DNA of 64,000 nt from Pelomyxa schiedti (lineage: Eukaryota > Protista > Evosea), in NCBI GenBank assembly GCA_020536535.1, contig JAHLWZ010000191.1:21975-85974 (forward strand), in the 5' to 3' direction. The notes below the pieces were generated by a model. That model was not told the DNA's origin, searched no databases, and saw only the letters and a list, made by a program, of their open reading frames with translations. Numbering within the stretch: position 1 is the first letter of the stretch; each line of letters starts with the position of its first letter. The position numbers were made by a program, and so were the translations under genes. This document shows, in pieces, positions 1-11,849 of the stretch.

Positions 1-747
1 GAGCTCCGAGAGAAATCGATCGATTTCATGCAATGTAACAGTACTCTTAGTGGCTGGTTTTCCATATTTGATAAAGAACTTCAGGTAATTTTAAAGCCGT
101 GGAATGGAAGATTAGTTGAACCTTTTTTGCAGTTTCAGTAACATTCCCATTGTCAAGATCAGAAGCCATCTCCGCATGTGGTGCTCCATATATCCTGAAA
201 AGATAATCACAGGAAGAATAGGGCTGAACTAGACAACCTGCTCAAAATTTTTACAATCTGTTTCTCTTTCATGTTATAAACCCTTGTATCAATTTTGGGA
301 AGGAGTAATTTGACCAGCAAGTAATGGTCTCCCCTGAAATTCAACTAAATACATCACCACAAGTTTTAAACAAACAACACTAGAACACCAAGTAATTCCC
401 ATAATTCCAAACACTCACTTGAACTCTTTGCAGAAGTCCGCAACCAAAGCAGTCTTGCCCGTCCACGTCGAGTCACGCTGAATAGAATCACACAAAGCAC
501 GGAAATCTGAGAACAATCCAGACTCGTCCTTACTACTTTGAGGAGCATCGCCAACATTTTTGGTGCTTGTCGTTGACGTGGTTGAAGTTGTAGAGGTTGT
601 TGTTGCTTTTGAGGAAGTAGGTGCCGACCCTGCCTTCGCGGACTTGTGGGACACGCCAAAGTCATAGTGGTCCTTGATAGCACTGTTTTCGAAAAAGCCC
701 TCCTCCTCGTTGTTATCGTCAGGCTCCGTGTCATCTCCGGAAGACAT
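1..747 (-). CDS. LIG3: DNA ligase III-like (N-terminal DNA-binding domain; runs off window start)
   Basis: Spliced translation FSDFRALCDSIQRDSTWTGKTALVADF..KGDHYLLVKLLLPKIDTRVYNMKEKQIVKIFEQ|IYGAPHAEMASDLDNGNVTETAKK closely parallels the LIG3 DBD (FREFRKLC..GDVYLTVKLLLP..VYNLNDKQIVKLF..DMARDLEQGDVSET, recalled). ATG at 747. Confidence 0.8.
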
Positions 748-790
748 CTTTTATCTCTTCAGAAAGATTTTTTGATTTATTTCCTTTTTC

Positions 791-1370
791 TCAGTCATGA
801 TCGCACTTCTGGGAATTCGATTTAGTACGCCAGACCTTGTGCGCAGGCAGTAGGGTAGGCGCCACGTGAGTCGTGTCCCACGCGTCCCTCACCATTATGG
901 GCTGGCGGGTTCGCCAGTCGGGATCATCAGCAGGCGTGACGCGCACGACGCGCTCGGGGACGCGCTCCCACCTCACGGCGTGCTGCTCGGTGTCCGAGAA
1001 CACGAAGTACTTGTAGCTTATCACGTCGGCTGTCGGGGGAACCGAGATGGACGTCATCCAGACCTGCCAAGGTGATTATGGGATACGAAAAACGGCGTTG
1101 GAAACGCACGTGGCCTCTGTTCCACTTCATTCTGTTAGTGAAACTGACGTGAGGCGCGGTATCGTCCTGCTTTCCCCACCACCCGGTGACGTAGAGGACC
1201 TCACTAGCCAGGGTTTAGTCACGTTGTTAATGAGGTAACAGGTAAGACCTGTATGCCGAGTAATAGTGTATCTCGAGATCGACGCTGACGCCGTTGTTCC
1301 ACACGTTGTACGCACTACATTTGCGTCAATTGTGTTGTTGCAATGGTAAAGATACAGACCACTTGAACAT
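791..1370 (-). CDS. Small stand-alone CBM20 (starch/glycogen-binding) protein
   Basis: Spliced MFKCAYNVWNNGVSVDLEIHYYSAYSEVLYVTG..MKWNRGH|VWMTSISVPPTADVISYKYFV..VRWERVPER matches CBM20 hallmarks (LYVxG, W..GHVW, YKY, VxWE..NR); three short GT-AG introns. Confidence 0.7.
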
Positions 1371-1731
1371 TTTCGGCTGCTGTAGTATCGTTACAACCTC
1401 GAGCTGTGGTGTTTTATTTTTTATTATTGTTGTTGCTCTTATTTGTGAAGAGTCGGTGGAAAAACCGTTTGCAGGCAAATGTTGTCTATTTTTGACTTGA
1501 CCACAGGTCACAATAGAGAAGCCACACTAATTTTTTTATGTTCGCTGCCAACTTGGGGCCAAATAGAAAGGTATGGCGGCAATTGGAAAGGTGGGCGTGA
1601 CAATTATTCACCACACCTCCCATAGTTGTGACTAGTAAAGCCAATTGTGTTGTGGGCCAATTCAATGGCTGCACAAGAGGAGTTCCAGTCCACACTGATA
1701 GAATGTGAAGCGTGCGTACTCTGTTGCACTT

Positions 1732-4700
1732 TCAGTGTTTGGACCACACATATGCAAACAGACAGTCAGTGAGTCCTTGCTGAACTAGCTTCCGTGTTGT
1801 TGTGCACGGAGGCAGTAGGAAAACTTGCATCGAGTAGGCATTCGGCTGCTGCGCCTCAACAATTCCGGCCTGCCATACAAAAAGTTAGTTATCAGTTGTG
1901 GGTACTGATTTGTGGGTGCGTACTTTATCACCCTCCTGTAAGCGATACAGGAAGCTGTCAAATGCAGGGCAATCACAGGGCATGTGGGGCACAAGAGCCA
2001 TTACTTTGCATGGCATCCCCTGAAAGATTCTTGCAAGGTGCATAACAGGAGTCTGAGTTGTAACGTTGATCTGTGTTGGTCTACAGCAGTGCTGTTTGTT
2101 AGACATGCGAATGAAAGTACGGCATACAAAGCAACTGAGCTGTAAGGTGAAACCCAAAAGCCAACAACATTGCACAGTGGGATGCCTGTTTGAACCAGTT
2201 CCCCAAAGAAAAGCTATTTGTGGTTGGGAAAAAGAGGGAGGAAGGAAAACATACTCCATCAAGTGACCTAGGGGTGGCACTCTGTGACATAAGCCACTGG
2301 TCTCGCACTGATGCTTGTTGCTGGGTTTGCATTGTCTGAAGTTGTGGAGCTTGCATCTGGGGAAGGGATTGTAAAAAATTCGTTTGTGTAACAGGTCCAC
2401 AGAACTGGTCTGCAATGCTCTGTGGTTGGTTTCTGAAGCGAGATTGTGTGGAAGAGTTGAGGGGTTCGTTTGATGTGGAAAAGAAAAAAGGCTGTGAACT
2501 GGGGTACTGAAATCCATAGGGTTGGGTGAGTGAGGGTGCGGGAGTGTTAAAACTACCTGCAGTTTTGTCACTTGGGTTGGTTGGAGATGTGTTGGTTGTG
2601 CTTGAGGGTGGAATTGACACAGTAGATGTTCCTGTGTGCTGAAGGTGGGTGCATTGATGAGGATAATGGCCTTCTTCTCCACAAGCTAGGCAAACTCGTG
2701 GACACCACTCCAGGCTTAGTACTCTGGCAATTCATTGGAAATTGAGATTGCAAAATGGGAAGTTACTTGTTGTCAAGCATTATTTTATCCATTCTGGTGG
2801 GGAAAAAAAAGAAGAAGAAAAAATCAACAGAGCAACATGTTACTGGCTTTTCATACGTTTTCAATGCACTTAAAGCACAGTCAGTACTTCTGAATTCTAT
2901 GCTTCCTATCTGTTGGCCGTTTCTGTTGTGCTGGTGAAAAGCAATCCTCTTTCCCTGCCATTTACCTGTCTTGGAAAATGACAGTGTTTACTGGATCAAA
3001 TCTAGAAAACATGACACGAAGTTCCTCCTCAGAACAATTTTCAACACCCTTTGCAAAAATGAAAGTTGAGAGAGCATTATGCAATGTTGTTGGATTTTGG
3101 CGTTCCTCAGTACAACTTGGATCAGTTGTGCGAATTAGTGTATGTTGTGTCTTCGTGAGAGCCTGTCCTGATTGACTTGGAGATTGTAGGAGTGGGGATT
3201 GTGACAACTGCTGAGGAGTTTGTGATGGTGACTGTGTTGGCTGAGTGAGAGTTGGTGAGGGAGATGGATGAGGAGGAAATTTGTCAGAATCGGTCTGTTA
3301 GTGCATAAAGATCCAAGTGAATCACAAAAAAGAGTGTTACCTGCCCGGGAAGTCTGATTTTTGCCATGTGTGGATGCTTGACATTACTTTTGGAATCTTC
3401 AAGTTGTATAGTTCCTGTGGAACTAGTGTGCAGTTGTTTCCCTTCAGATGTCAATACTTCTGACCCCGTATTGTGAGGGTTTTCATATGTTCTGGAATTC
3501 AATTCTACCACAGAAGGTTTGGATTCCACATTCGCCTTAGAGTCTGGAAGTGTTTGTGTGCATGATGTTGATTCCGATTTCTGCTCTGGGACCTTCTTTT
3601 CCTCTCCGTTCGATGGGTTCTCCTTGGGCACTACTGGTACATCAATCCTTTTCTTTGGTGGTTTGTGTTTTGCAACAGTGATATCAGCCACAGAGGAATT
3701 CGACTTGGTTTTTGTTTCTGATACAGCCTTAGTTTTGGGTTCTGTTGAGTCAGCTTTCGGTTTTGTGCTTTTCTCCGCAGAGGTCGATGCAGAGGAAGGA
3801 GCCTCTGCCAGGGGTGTTTTCTTTTGAGTTGCTTTTTTCTTTTTCTTCCCTTTTTTCGTTACTGTCTGCTTCTTCTCAGGCTTTGATTTCTTGACACGTG
3901 CTGAATTCTTGGTGGTGTTTTTCCCATGTCGTTTCTTGGTTGTGTCTTCCACATTTACTTTTTCAGGTACCACAGTGGCAGATTGCCCTTTTCTCTGGAA
4001 AGGTTTTGTTCAGTTGAGTTATGTAATTTTGATTTCTACAAGATAGAGGGTAGAAAAAGAAATTAAAATGGTAAGGTGATTCTTACTCTCTTCGATCTTG
4101 GGACATGTGCATTTTTCTTGGACTGTGGAGTGGGTGATTTCGAGTAGAAGTAAAGAGTAAAACGTACCCCCTTGGACTCTGACGCTGCTTCAGAAGATTT
4201 GACAGGTGAATCGGCCTTTTTCCCCTTCTAGAAGAAATGAGATTTCATCCCTGAACACAACTAACCTTTTTTCGTTTCCTGTGAGGTGGTGATTCCGATT
4301 TACTTCCACTGTCGGAATCACTAGAGCTTGAATTGTCACTGGAACTCACAGTTTTATTCCCCTCAGATAAGCTTGAGTTGGAATCAGAATGCTCACTTCC
4401 AGAGTCACTTCCTCCATCGCGAGTCCCAGCTTTGCCTCCTCTGCCTTTCCGTTTTGTAGTAGCTGTCGTTGCCTGTTGCCTTGCCGTTGTGGTGGCGCCG
4501 CGTGGGCGCCGCCCGCGTGCAGATGATGTGGCTTTGGGAGGTGGCTGGGTGTCACTGTTGCTCCTCGAGGACTCGTCGTCGCTGCTGTCGTCAGATGTTG
4601 AAGGCGTTCGAAGTACTAAGGCAATTGAGTTATGCTCGACATAGTGTGAAAAGAAGAAAAAAAAAAAAAAGAGACGAAACGAGCAAACAAAACGAACAAA

Positions 4701-4915
4701 GAAAAAAGAACATGTAGGTACTAACTTGAAGAACGATTAGACGCAGTCAAAGCCTTGATTTGTTGCCTCTCAGTCTTGTTTGGATCCCTCCACGCCTTTA
4801 AATCTGCTGTCCCACTCATCTGTTGTTGTACTGCTGTAGCTGTATTTTTTTTTTCTTTTGTTCCGTATTTGTCACCGAACTGATCGAAACACTCACTAGC
4901 AGGGGAATCACTCAT
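1732..4915 (-). CDS. Low-complexity protein with RRM and C-terminal SPOC-like domain
   Basis: K/S/D-rich exons (3284-4700); RRM-like TFIFAKGVENCSEEELRVMFSRFDPVNTVIF (~2970-3070); C-terminal LFFGELVQTGIPLCNVV..FDSFLYRLQEGDK|AGIVEA..MQVFLLPPC..LFAYVWSKH* resembles SPOC. Start and some exons uncertain. Confidence 0.5.
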
Positions 4916-5044
4916 GCCAAATGCCCTGCCCGAATTTCCAACGTTCTGTCATTTACGTTGCGAGAAACACTAGGCCTCCGTCAGACTGACAGATCCGCAA
5001 GGATTTCAGAAAACAAAAAAAAAAACGTCCGAGCGTTGTGGGGA

Positions 5045-5944
5045 ATGGCGTCAACAACAACCAGAGATGCACTAAGCGTAATGGCGTCACGGAGGAGCAC
5101 AAAGATGTTCCTTCCAACTCCGATCTCCCGTGATGTGGTGGCGTCCATTGTGGAGTGCGGACGCATGGCGCCAACGGGAATGGACGCCCAATCTGTCAAT
5201 TTCTACGTTGTCACGCGTGGGTGCCTCCCTTCTTCACTTTGGAATAACGAGCGTTTTGAAGTGTTTAAACGTTTTTCTTATTGATGTAAGGTTTCCGTTT
5301 GTTGACTTTCCCCCCCAATTGCAGAGAAAGCATTGGTAGATGAGATAGCGACGTCCACGGAAGCTGTCGCACTGACCAAATTCCCGCACCTTGCTGCTCG
5401 CAAGGCTAAACTTGGTGTGTCCAATGCCATCACATATGGTGCTCCCGTTGTCATTCTTCTGACATATCCCACTGTATGGCCTCGCTATGTTTCGTAATTT
5501 TACTCATATCCGTATTTACTCTCTTGTAGGGCGGAATGTGTGGACAAATTGATGTTGGTCACACTGCGGGTAGTAACCTTATTTGTTGTCTTCCCATTTT
5601 ACTTATCTTTCTTCTTGCCCACAGAGAATATTCTTATCGCTGCTGAGGTTTCTATTTGCATCAAGTGTTACATTATTAAACTTTCTTTAGGCACATGGAC
5701 TTGGCGCTGTGCCCACATTGGTTCCTCAAATAAATGCAGAGAAAATATTCTCGCTAGTTGGAGCCGATTCGACAAAGGAAACGTTTGGACTTCTGATCCC
5801 AATTGGAGAAGCAGACCCCCGCTACCGCAATGAAGGCTGTATGCTTTTACACTCCCATTCCTGCACTGTGTTAGCGTGCCTTGACTCATTTCTCTAGTAA
5901 TACCCGCCAAGACCATCAAAAGCAAAGTCGTATGGAAGGAGTAG
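5045..5944 (+). CDS. Nitroreductase family protein
   Basis: SRRSTKMF..IVECGRMAPTGMDAQSVNFYVV (RRS and APT/S motifs), ITYGAPVVILL, and C-terminal exon ending SKVVWKE* (TAG 5942-5944). Confidence 0.85.
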
Positions 5945-6168
5945 ACAGGCACAACAACCACAACAGACACAACCCTTACCTTCGAATATGAAAACCAAGA
6001 TCACATAAAAAAATCGAAAAAAAATACATCAAAAATCAAGGAGGCCGAACGGCCGGAACCGAAGCCGACACCAAATAGAAGAAAAGAAAAAAACAAACCC
6101 AAAAAGCAACCAGGGCCAGGCACATCCCAATACCCGCTCCCATAATCACCACACGATCCGCGGTCCCC

Positions 6169-8851
6169 ATGAGTAGATTGTCTTCTGAGCAACAACCAGT
6201 CACAGAGGAGTCCCATTCACCCCGCAGCTCCACTGCCACCTCCACCTCGACACCAACGCCCAAACCCATAAGCACAACCACGAGCACGAGCACAGGCACG
6301 AGCACTACGGGTACGGTCTCAGCGTCAGCATCGGCACCAGCAACAACAACCACAACATCAACCACGACATGCACTTCTAGTAGCAGTAGCGTGTCTTTTG
6401 TTGCCCATGCGTCGGGAACACCGTCGGTCAATTTGGACCCTTTGGTATCATTCATTGCCCCTGTCCTCTTTCGTGCTTTTTCCATTTTGTGCTTTTTCCC
6501 TGCGTATTCATCTTCGTCTGTTGTTAAACTCTTTTCTTTTTTTTCCTTCGGGTCTTTTTCTTTTTTTTTGGGTTGTGTTTTGTTTTGTTTTACTGATGTG
6601 CTCTTGTAGAAACCCATATTTAAAAGTATGACAGTTGCTAGTCTTGGTGCTGGTGCGGCAGATAACTCCATGCGGTAAAGTTTCACCTCTTAAAACGGGA
6701 GGTTGTTGTGAATAATTTCTCTTAGTCGCGAGATGGAGAAACGTGGCAAATTAGCAGTGATGCCCAGGCCAGTGGGTGATGACCGTGTGATTAAGGTTCG
6801 TAACAAAGGGCCACTTTTTTCCCCCTCATCCATGAACAGAGTGTGGATATTCCTGAGACAAGGGCTCTGGAATCAGGCCTTCTGTTTTGCGGCGAAGGAG
6901 ATAAACCTGCGTTGGGGCTTCTCCGCAATCACCTCGCAAAAGAGGGTCCTTATTACTCTCCACAAAAAAGTGTAATAATTCCCAGTACAGGAAGACTAGA
7001 GAAAACTGCTGCCCTGAAGCTTATCGCAATGGGCACAGAATTGCTGGCCACAGAACCAAATATGCTTTCTATCGAGGCACCTGTTGTCAGTATGCTATAA
7101 CTTGTGGTTTTTAAAATATGACGCATAAAAAGTTTGCGGCGACATTCATGGCCAGTTCTATGACTTAATGACCTTCATGGAACTTGCTGGCTCTCCTTCC
7201 TCCAACAAATTCCTCTTCCTTGGTGACTATGTTGACAGAGGTAAAAAAAAACTTCCCAATTTACACTTTCAAAAATCTGATTTTATTTTACAGGTGACTT
7301 TTCTACTGAAGTTGTCTTCTACCTTATTGCACTGAAAATAAATTTCCCTGATTCTGTCTTCTTATTAAGAGGCAACCATGAATCACGGCTTATGTGCGAA
7401 TACATGACATTCTGCGTAGAATGTGCCCCTCCCACCCCCGTGCCCCTTTCTCGTTCTTAGTATTTTAGGTGAGCACAAATATGACCCAGAGGTTTACAGT
7501 GCCTTTGCAAAGCTCTTTGACAATCTACCTCTTGCAGCCTTACTGACAGGAAATTTGCATGGCCCAAGTTTGTGCATGCATGGTGGCTTGGGTCCTAAGA
7601 TTAATACTGTATCATTCTCTTATATCTGAGTATGCCAATAATATTATCAAAGTTGGATGACATTCGAAGGATCTCAAGATTTTCTGAACCCCCCCAGGAG
7701 GGTCCACTTTGGTCAATTCCTTATCACACTCTTTCTTGTTGTTGACCATTTTGTAGTGATATCATTTGGTCTGATCCAGTCAACGAGTGGGACCCTTCAG
7801 ATCCTGACTTCGAAGATCTCACTCTTGAGGTCTGTATCAGTTGACCTCTATGTTTTTTTACTCCCCTTTTTGTTGACTTTGTGGTTAGGAATGGCAAAAA
7901 ATCACATTTTATGAAAATGTACCTCGTCATACTTCTTATTTCTTTGGACGGGCAGCAATCGAACCTTTCCTGCAGAGGAATGGATTGGCTTGCATTATCC
8001 GAGGTCACCAAGTACAAGACCTTGGATATATGGTGTGCAACTAGAATTCTTCAATAGTTCTCTTAGCTTCGTACAGCAACACTTCTTTGGTGTCACCGAG
8101 CGAGCGCTGCCCATGGTTTACACCGTTTTCAGTGCGCCCAACTACTGCGATCAATATGGAAATATGGTTGTACCCTACTCTCGTTTAATGCACTTGTGCC
8201 TTACCACCAACCAAATCAGGGAGCCCTCATGAGGTACACAAGCACCCACATCGGTCTAGAGCAGTTCCAAAGCGTACCTCACCCATATAACCTTCCCGAT
8301 TTTATCGACTGCTTTACATACTCACTTCCATTCATGCTGGAGCAAAGTTGAGAACGCAATTCACAATTCCGCAATCCCAAAACCGCTACATACTCCTGCA
8401 CACCACTCGCACCACTCACGCCGCTCATGTCCCACCAATCCTTACTTCAAATTAGTTGTCATGATATTACAGAAACTGGTCATTCAGATGCGTGATATGG
8501 GACCCGACCTCAGCCCGGAAGAGCAAGCAGCAGACGATGACCTGAGAATGAAGTGTCAGAAGCTATTTGCTGCATCACAAAGACAGAGGCACCACTCCTC
8601 TATACCCCTTTTCATTTCTGTTAACCCCACAACAGGGCTAAAGTCGACGTCATCAAACGCGCAGTTGCAAGCTACACGCGTATGCTTTTTCTTCCCCCCA
8701 AAGAAACCCAAGCACTACTAACACAAGCACAGAAAAAATGTCACAGTTCAAAAGAGTTTTGCAGCTGGACATGGCTAATGAGGCCGCACCACGCCCTGTC
8801 AGGATCACGAAGAAGCCCTCCCTCAAACGCAACTCCTCAGCCGTCTTCTAA
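6169..8851 (+). CDS. Calcineurin A (PP2B)-like Ser/Thr phosphatase with S/T-rich N-terminal exon
   Basis: DDRVIK; GDIHGQ; GDYVDRG; RGNHE; HGGLGP; IIWSDP; RGHQ; FSAPNY; CnB-binding-like FTYSLPF; autoinhibitory-like [15 protein letters not shown]. First in-frame ATG 6169; exons linking to MEKRG at 6733 are inferred. Confidence 0.85.
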
Positions 8852-8908
8852 TCTCAGCCCCGTCTCATTTTCTGAACAAGTTGTTTCGTTTTTTCCTTAC
8901 CAAAAAAG

Positions 8909-11744
8909 ATGAGGTGGGCTCTGTGGTCGCTGGTGGTGTTGAACGTGTACGTTGTGGGAGGCGCGCTGCAGCGTGCCGCGATTATGGGTGGTGCAGCACC
9001 CGGCTGCGATGAGGAGGGTGTCACTGTGCCCCCTGATTGGGAAGCCAAGTTGGCCGCAGGGAACATGTTGGTCAGCGAAACACTGCCTGACAACTCAGCC
9101 TACATGGCCACAATAGGAAACGGCACGTTGTATTTTGGATTTCGTGTTTTTGCGTTTGTTTGCTTTGGTGTTCTTGGATTTGCATAGAGGGCTGCCAGCT
9201 TATGTGGATGCTTGCAGGTTACTTGGCAACGTTTGTGAGTTCTGATACGACCTATGTATCTGGTGTATATAATGGTGAAGCTACATCAGCCCCTTCTCAC
9301 AGAGCAAGGTGCACCACACTAAGTGATTTTTATCTATTTAATCAATTCCGTTTCTTCTTTCCACATAATAGGATTCCTGGGACTTCTTCAATTTCCATCA
9401 CAAATGCTGTTGATCCTATATATGCCTTAGATCTTGAGTGTGCTGTCTTCTTGAAGCGTTCAACTGTAAGTTTCATTTCCGTGATAAAAGAAAAAGGCGA
9501 GTGCTTATACTCTTGGAAATAGGTGCAAGGAGCATCTGTGGAGCAGAGGTGGTATGCACCATACAATGCACCTGCACTCCTGGTCCACGAGATTGAGGTC
9601 AATGCATCCTCTGAAGTCACACTATTCCTCAACCTGAACTCTGGGAGTACTTCTGATGATATTGCATTTGAAGATGTTGTGGATCCTCCAACTGGAACAA
9701 TTTTTCGTCAGGGTTAGTTATGTACCTTTTGGAGGAGCTAGCTAAGTAAGTGTAGGGTACACGAAAGTTTCTGAGGAAACTGATAGTGCTACAACTGGTG
9801 TTGCCATTATTTACACAGTTGTACCAAACAGTCTCTCAGTTGGAGCCAACAGTTCAACGACTTTCTACTTTATTACAGCAATTAGGACAACTCTGGATAC
9901 AAATGCTAGCATGTTGTTGGATACAACAGTTCAGATTTACAACAATGCTGTTGCCAACAAAGATTATTTGCTGAACGAACGTAGTACCTCCATATTTTTC
10001 TCTTTCATATGTTGTTAGATAAATCTGCATGGTCCAAGGTGTGGGAATCTGGTATTGAGGTAGCAGGTGACCTGGAGCTTGCACAAGCAATAAATAGCTC
10101 TATTTACTATATTCTCAGCAGTGTGCGCGAAGATTGGCAATATCCACTTCTTATCTTCAAACCCATTTACGTTTATGTTAACCTTTACTCATCATAATTA
10201 TAGCTTATCTCCAGGATCCCTTGCTAGCAATGGTGCTCCTACAGCGTAATACCTACTTTTTTTTTAAAAAAGTGGTGCAGGGTACAATGGGCATGTTTTT
10301 TGGGACTGTGAGACCTGGATGTTCCCAACAATGTGTGTGTTTTATCCCAGTATTGCAAAGTCTCTTTTGCAGTACCGCCTTGACCGAGTAAGTGGTGCAG
10401 AGATAAAAGCAAAGAGCTATGACGAAGGGTACATTTTTCCCTTTCTTTAATCCATTTTCTTAAACAGGCAGATGGGTTGGTGCCATGTATCCTTGGGAGA
10501 GTGCGTTTACTGGGCAAGGTTTTCGACAATGACTCAATAAATTGAAATTAACATCTTATAGAAACTTGTCCTACCTGGGCTGGTACTGGTCTTCGTGAGC
10601 AACATATAACGGGTGATGTCGCTTTTGCTGCCAAACAGTACACAAAGAACCAATGGAAAATGTCTTACTTATTGTCCCAGATATTGGTGGATGACAGGAG
10701 ACACCGATTGGCTATCACGTGCTTGGACAATGATAGAAGAAATCGCTGGTTGCCACTTAACATCTCCCTACTAGTAATTTTTTTTTACCATATTGCAGAC
10801 TTCTGGGTCGGCAGGGTTGAGCCAACTGGCAGCGGATACTCGATCACTGACATAATTCCTCCCGACGAGTACGCCGATCATGTAGCCGATAGTGTTTACA
10901 CAAACTACGTGGCTAGTGAGGCTCTCAACTTTGCCACTACTGTGGCCAAAATCTTGGGCTACACACCCAATCCTTACTACACTTCGGTGTCTGAGGCTCT
11001 TAATATTTTATTTGATGAAGCATCTCAACTACATCCTGAATATGATGGGTATGCAGGGCAAACCATTAAGCAGGCCGATGTTGTTCTTCTGGGCTTTCCT
11101 TTGATGATGGAAATGGATGACTCTGTAAGGTGGAAAACCTCTCACTATTTCTCTCCTGACTGTCTTCCCCCAGGTTGAATGACCTCATTTATTACAGTGA
11201 TAGAACAGATTCACAAGGTCCAGCAATGACATACTCAATGCACGCGATTGCTTGGATAGAGCTCGGAGACATAGCAAATGCCACCCAACCTTTCAAGCAG
11301 AGTTATGCCAACATTCAACCACCATTCAATGTTTGGAGCGAGACCCCGACTGGGGGTACATCGAACTTCATCACGGGAGCTGGTGGATTCCTACAGGGTC
11401 TGTGGGCTGGATGGGGAGGTAAATGTCCCATGCAATGAGTCTCTTCCTTATTTCCACCAGGGGTAAGAATGGGCGACTCCGGTATCACTTTTAATCCAGT
11501 ACTTCCACCTACTTTGAGCTATATCAAGTACCGGGGACTGCACTATTTGGACAATTCCATTGACATCAGGTTGTCCTTCCTGGGCTTTCTTTTTCACTCA
11601 TCCACAATGTGCAGCTTCGACTCAGAGCAAATATGTTTCACACTTGTAACACAGGGAGTGCCCCTGTATGTAGACAACACTCTGCTCAGTGCAGTACCAC
11701 AATGCTTTGGCATAAAAGCGCAACCATTATCCCTTCACACCTAA
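8909..11744 (+). CDS. Glycoside hydrolase family 65 (PGGHG/ATHL1 acid-trehalase-like), secreted
   Basis: Signal peptide MRWALWSLVVLNVYVVGG; YNGHVFWDCETWMFP; MYPWES; EQHITGDVA; IIPPDEY; IKQADVVLLGFP; GPAMTYS; NFITGAGGFLQ. Confidence 0.9.
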
Positions 11745-11849
11745 GAACTTGTGTGGCTTGTGGAAAAATAAAAAAACAAATGATAAACAAGAAGGATACT
11801 GTGTTGTTTTTTTTTATAAATAAACCCTGAGACCGGTATGTATCTAAAC

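Noticed and set aside
6036-6686. 216-aa minus-strand ORF
   Set aside because: Antisense of the S/T-rich calcineurin 5' exon; V/L-rich composition is typical of a shadow ORF.
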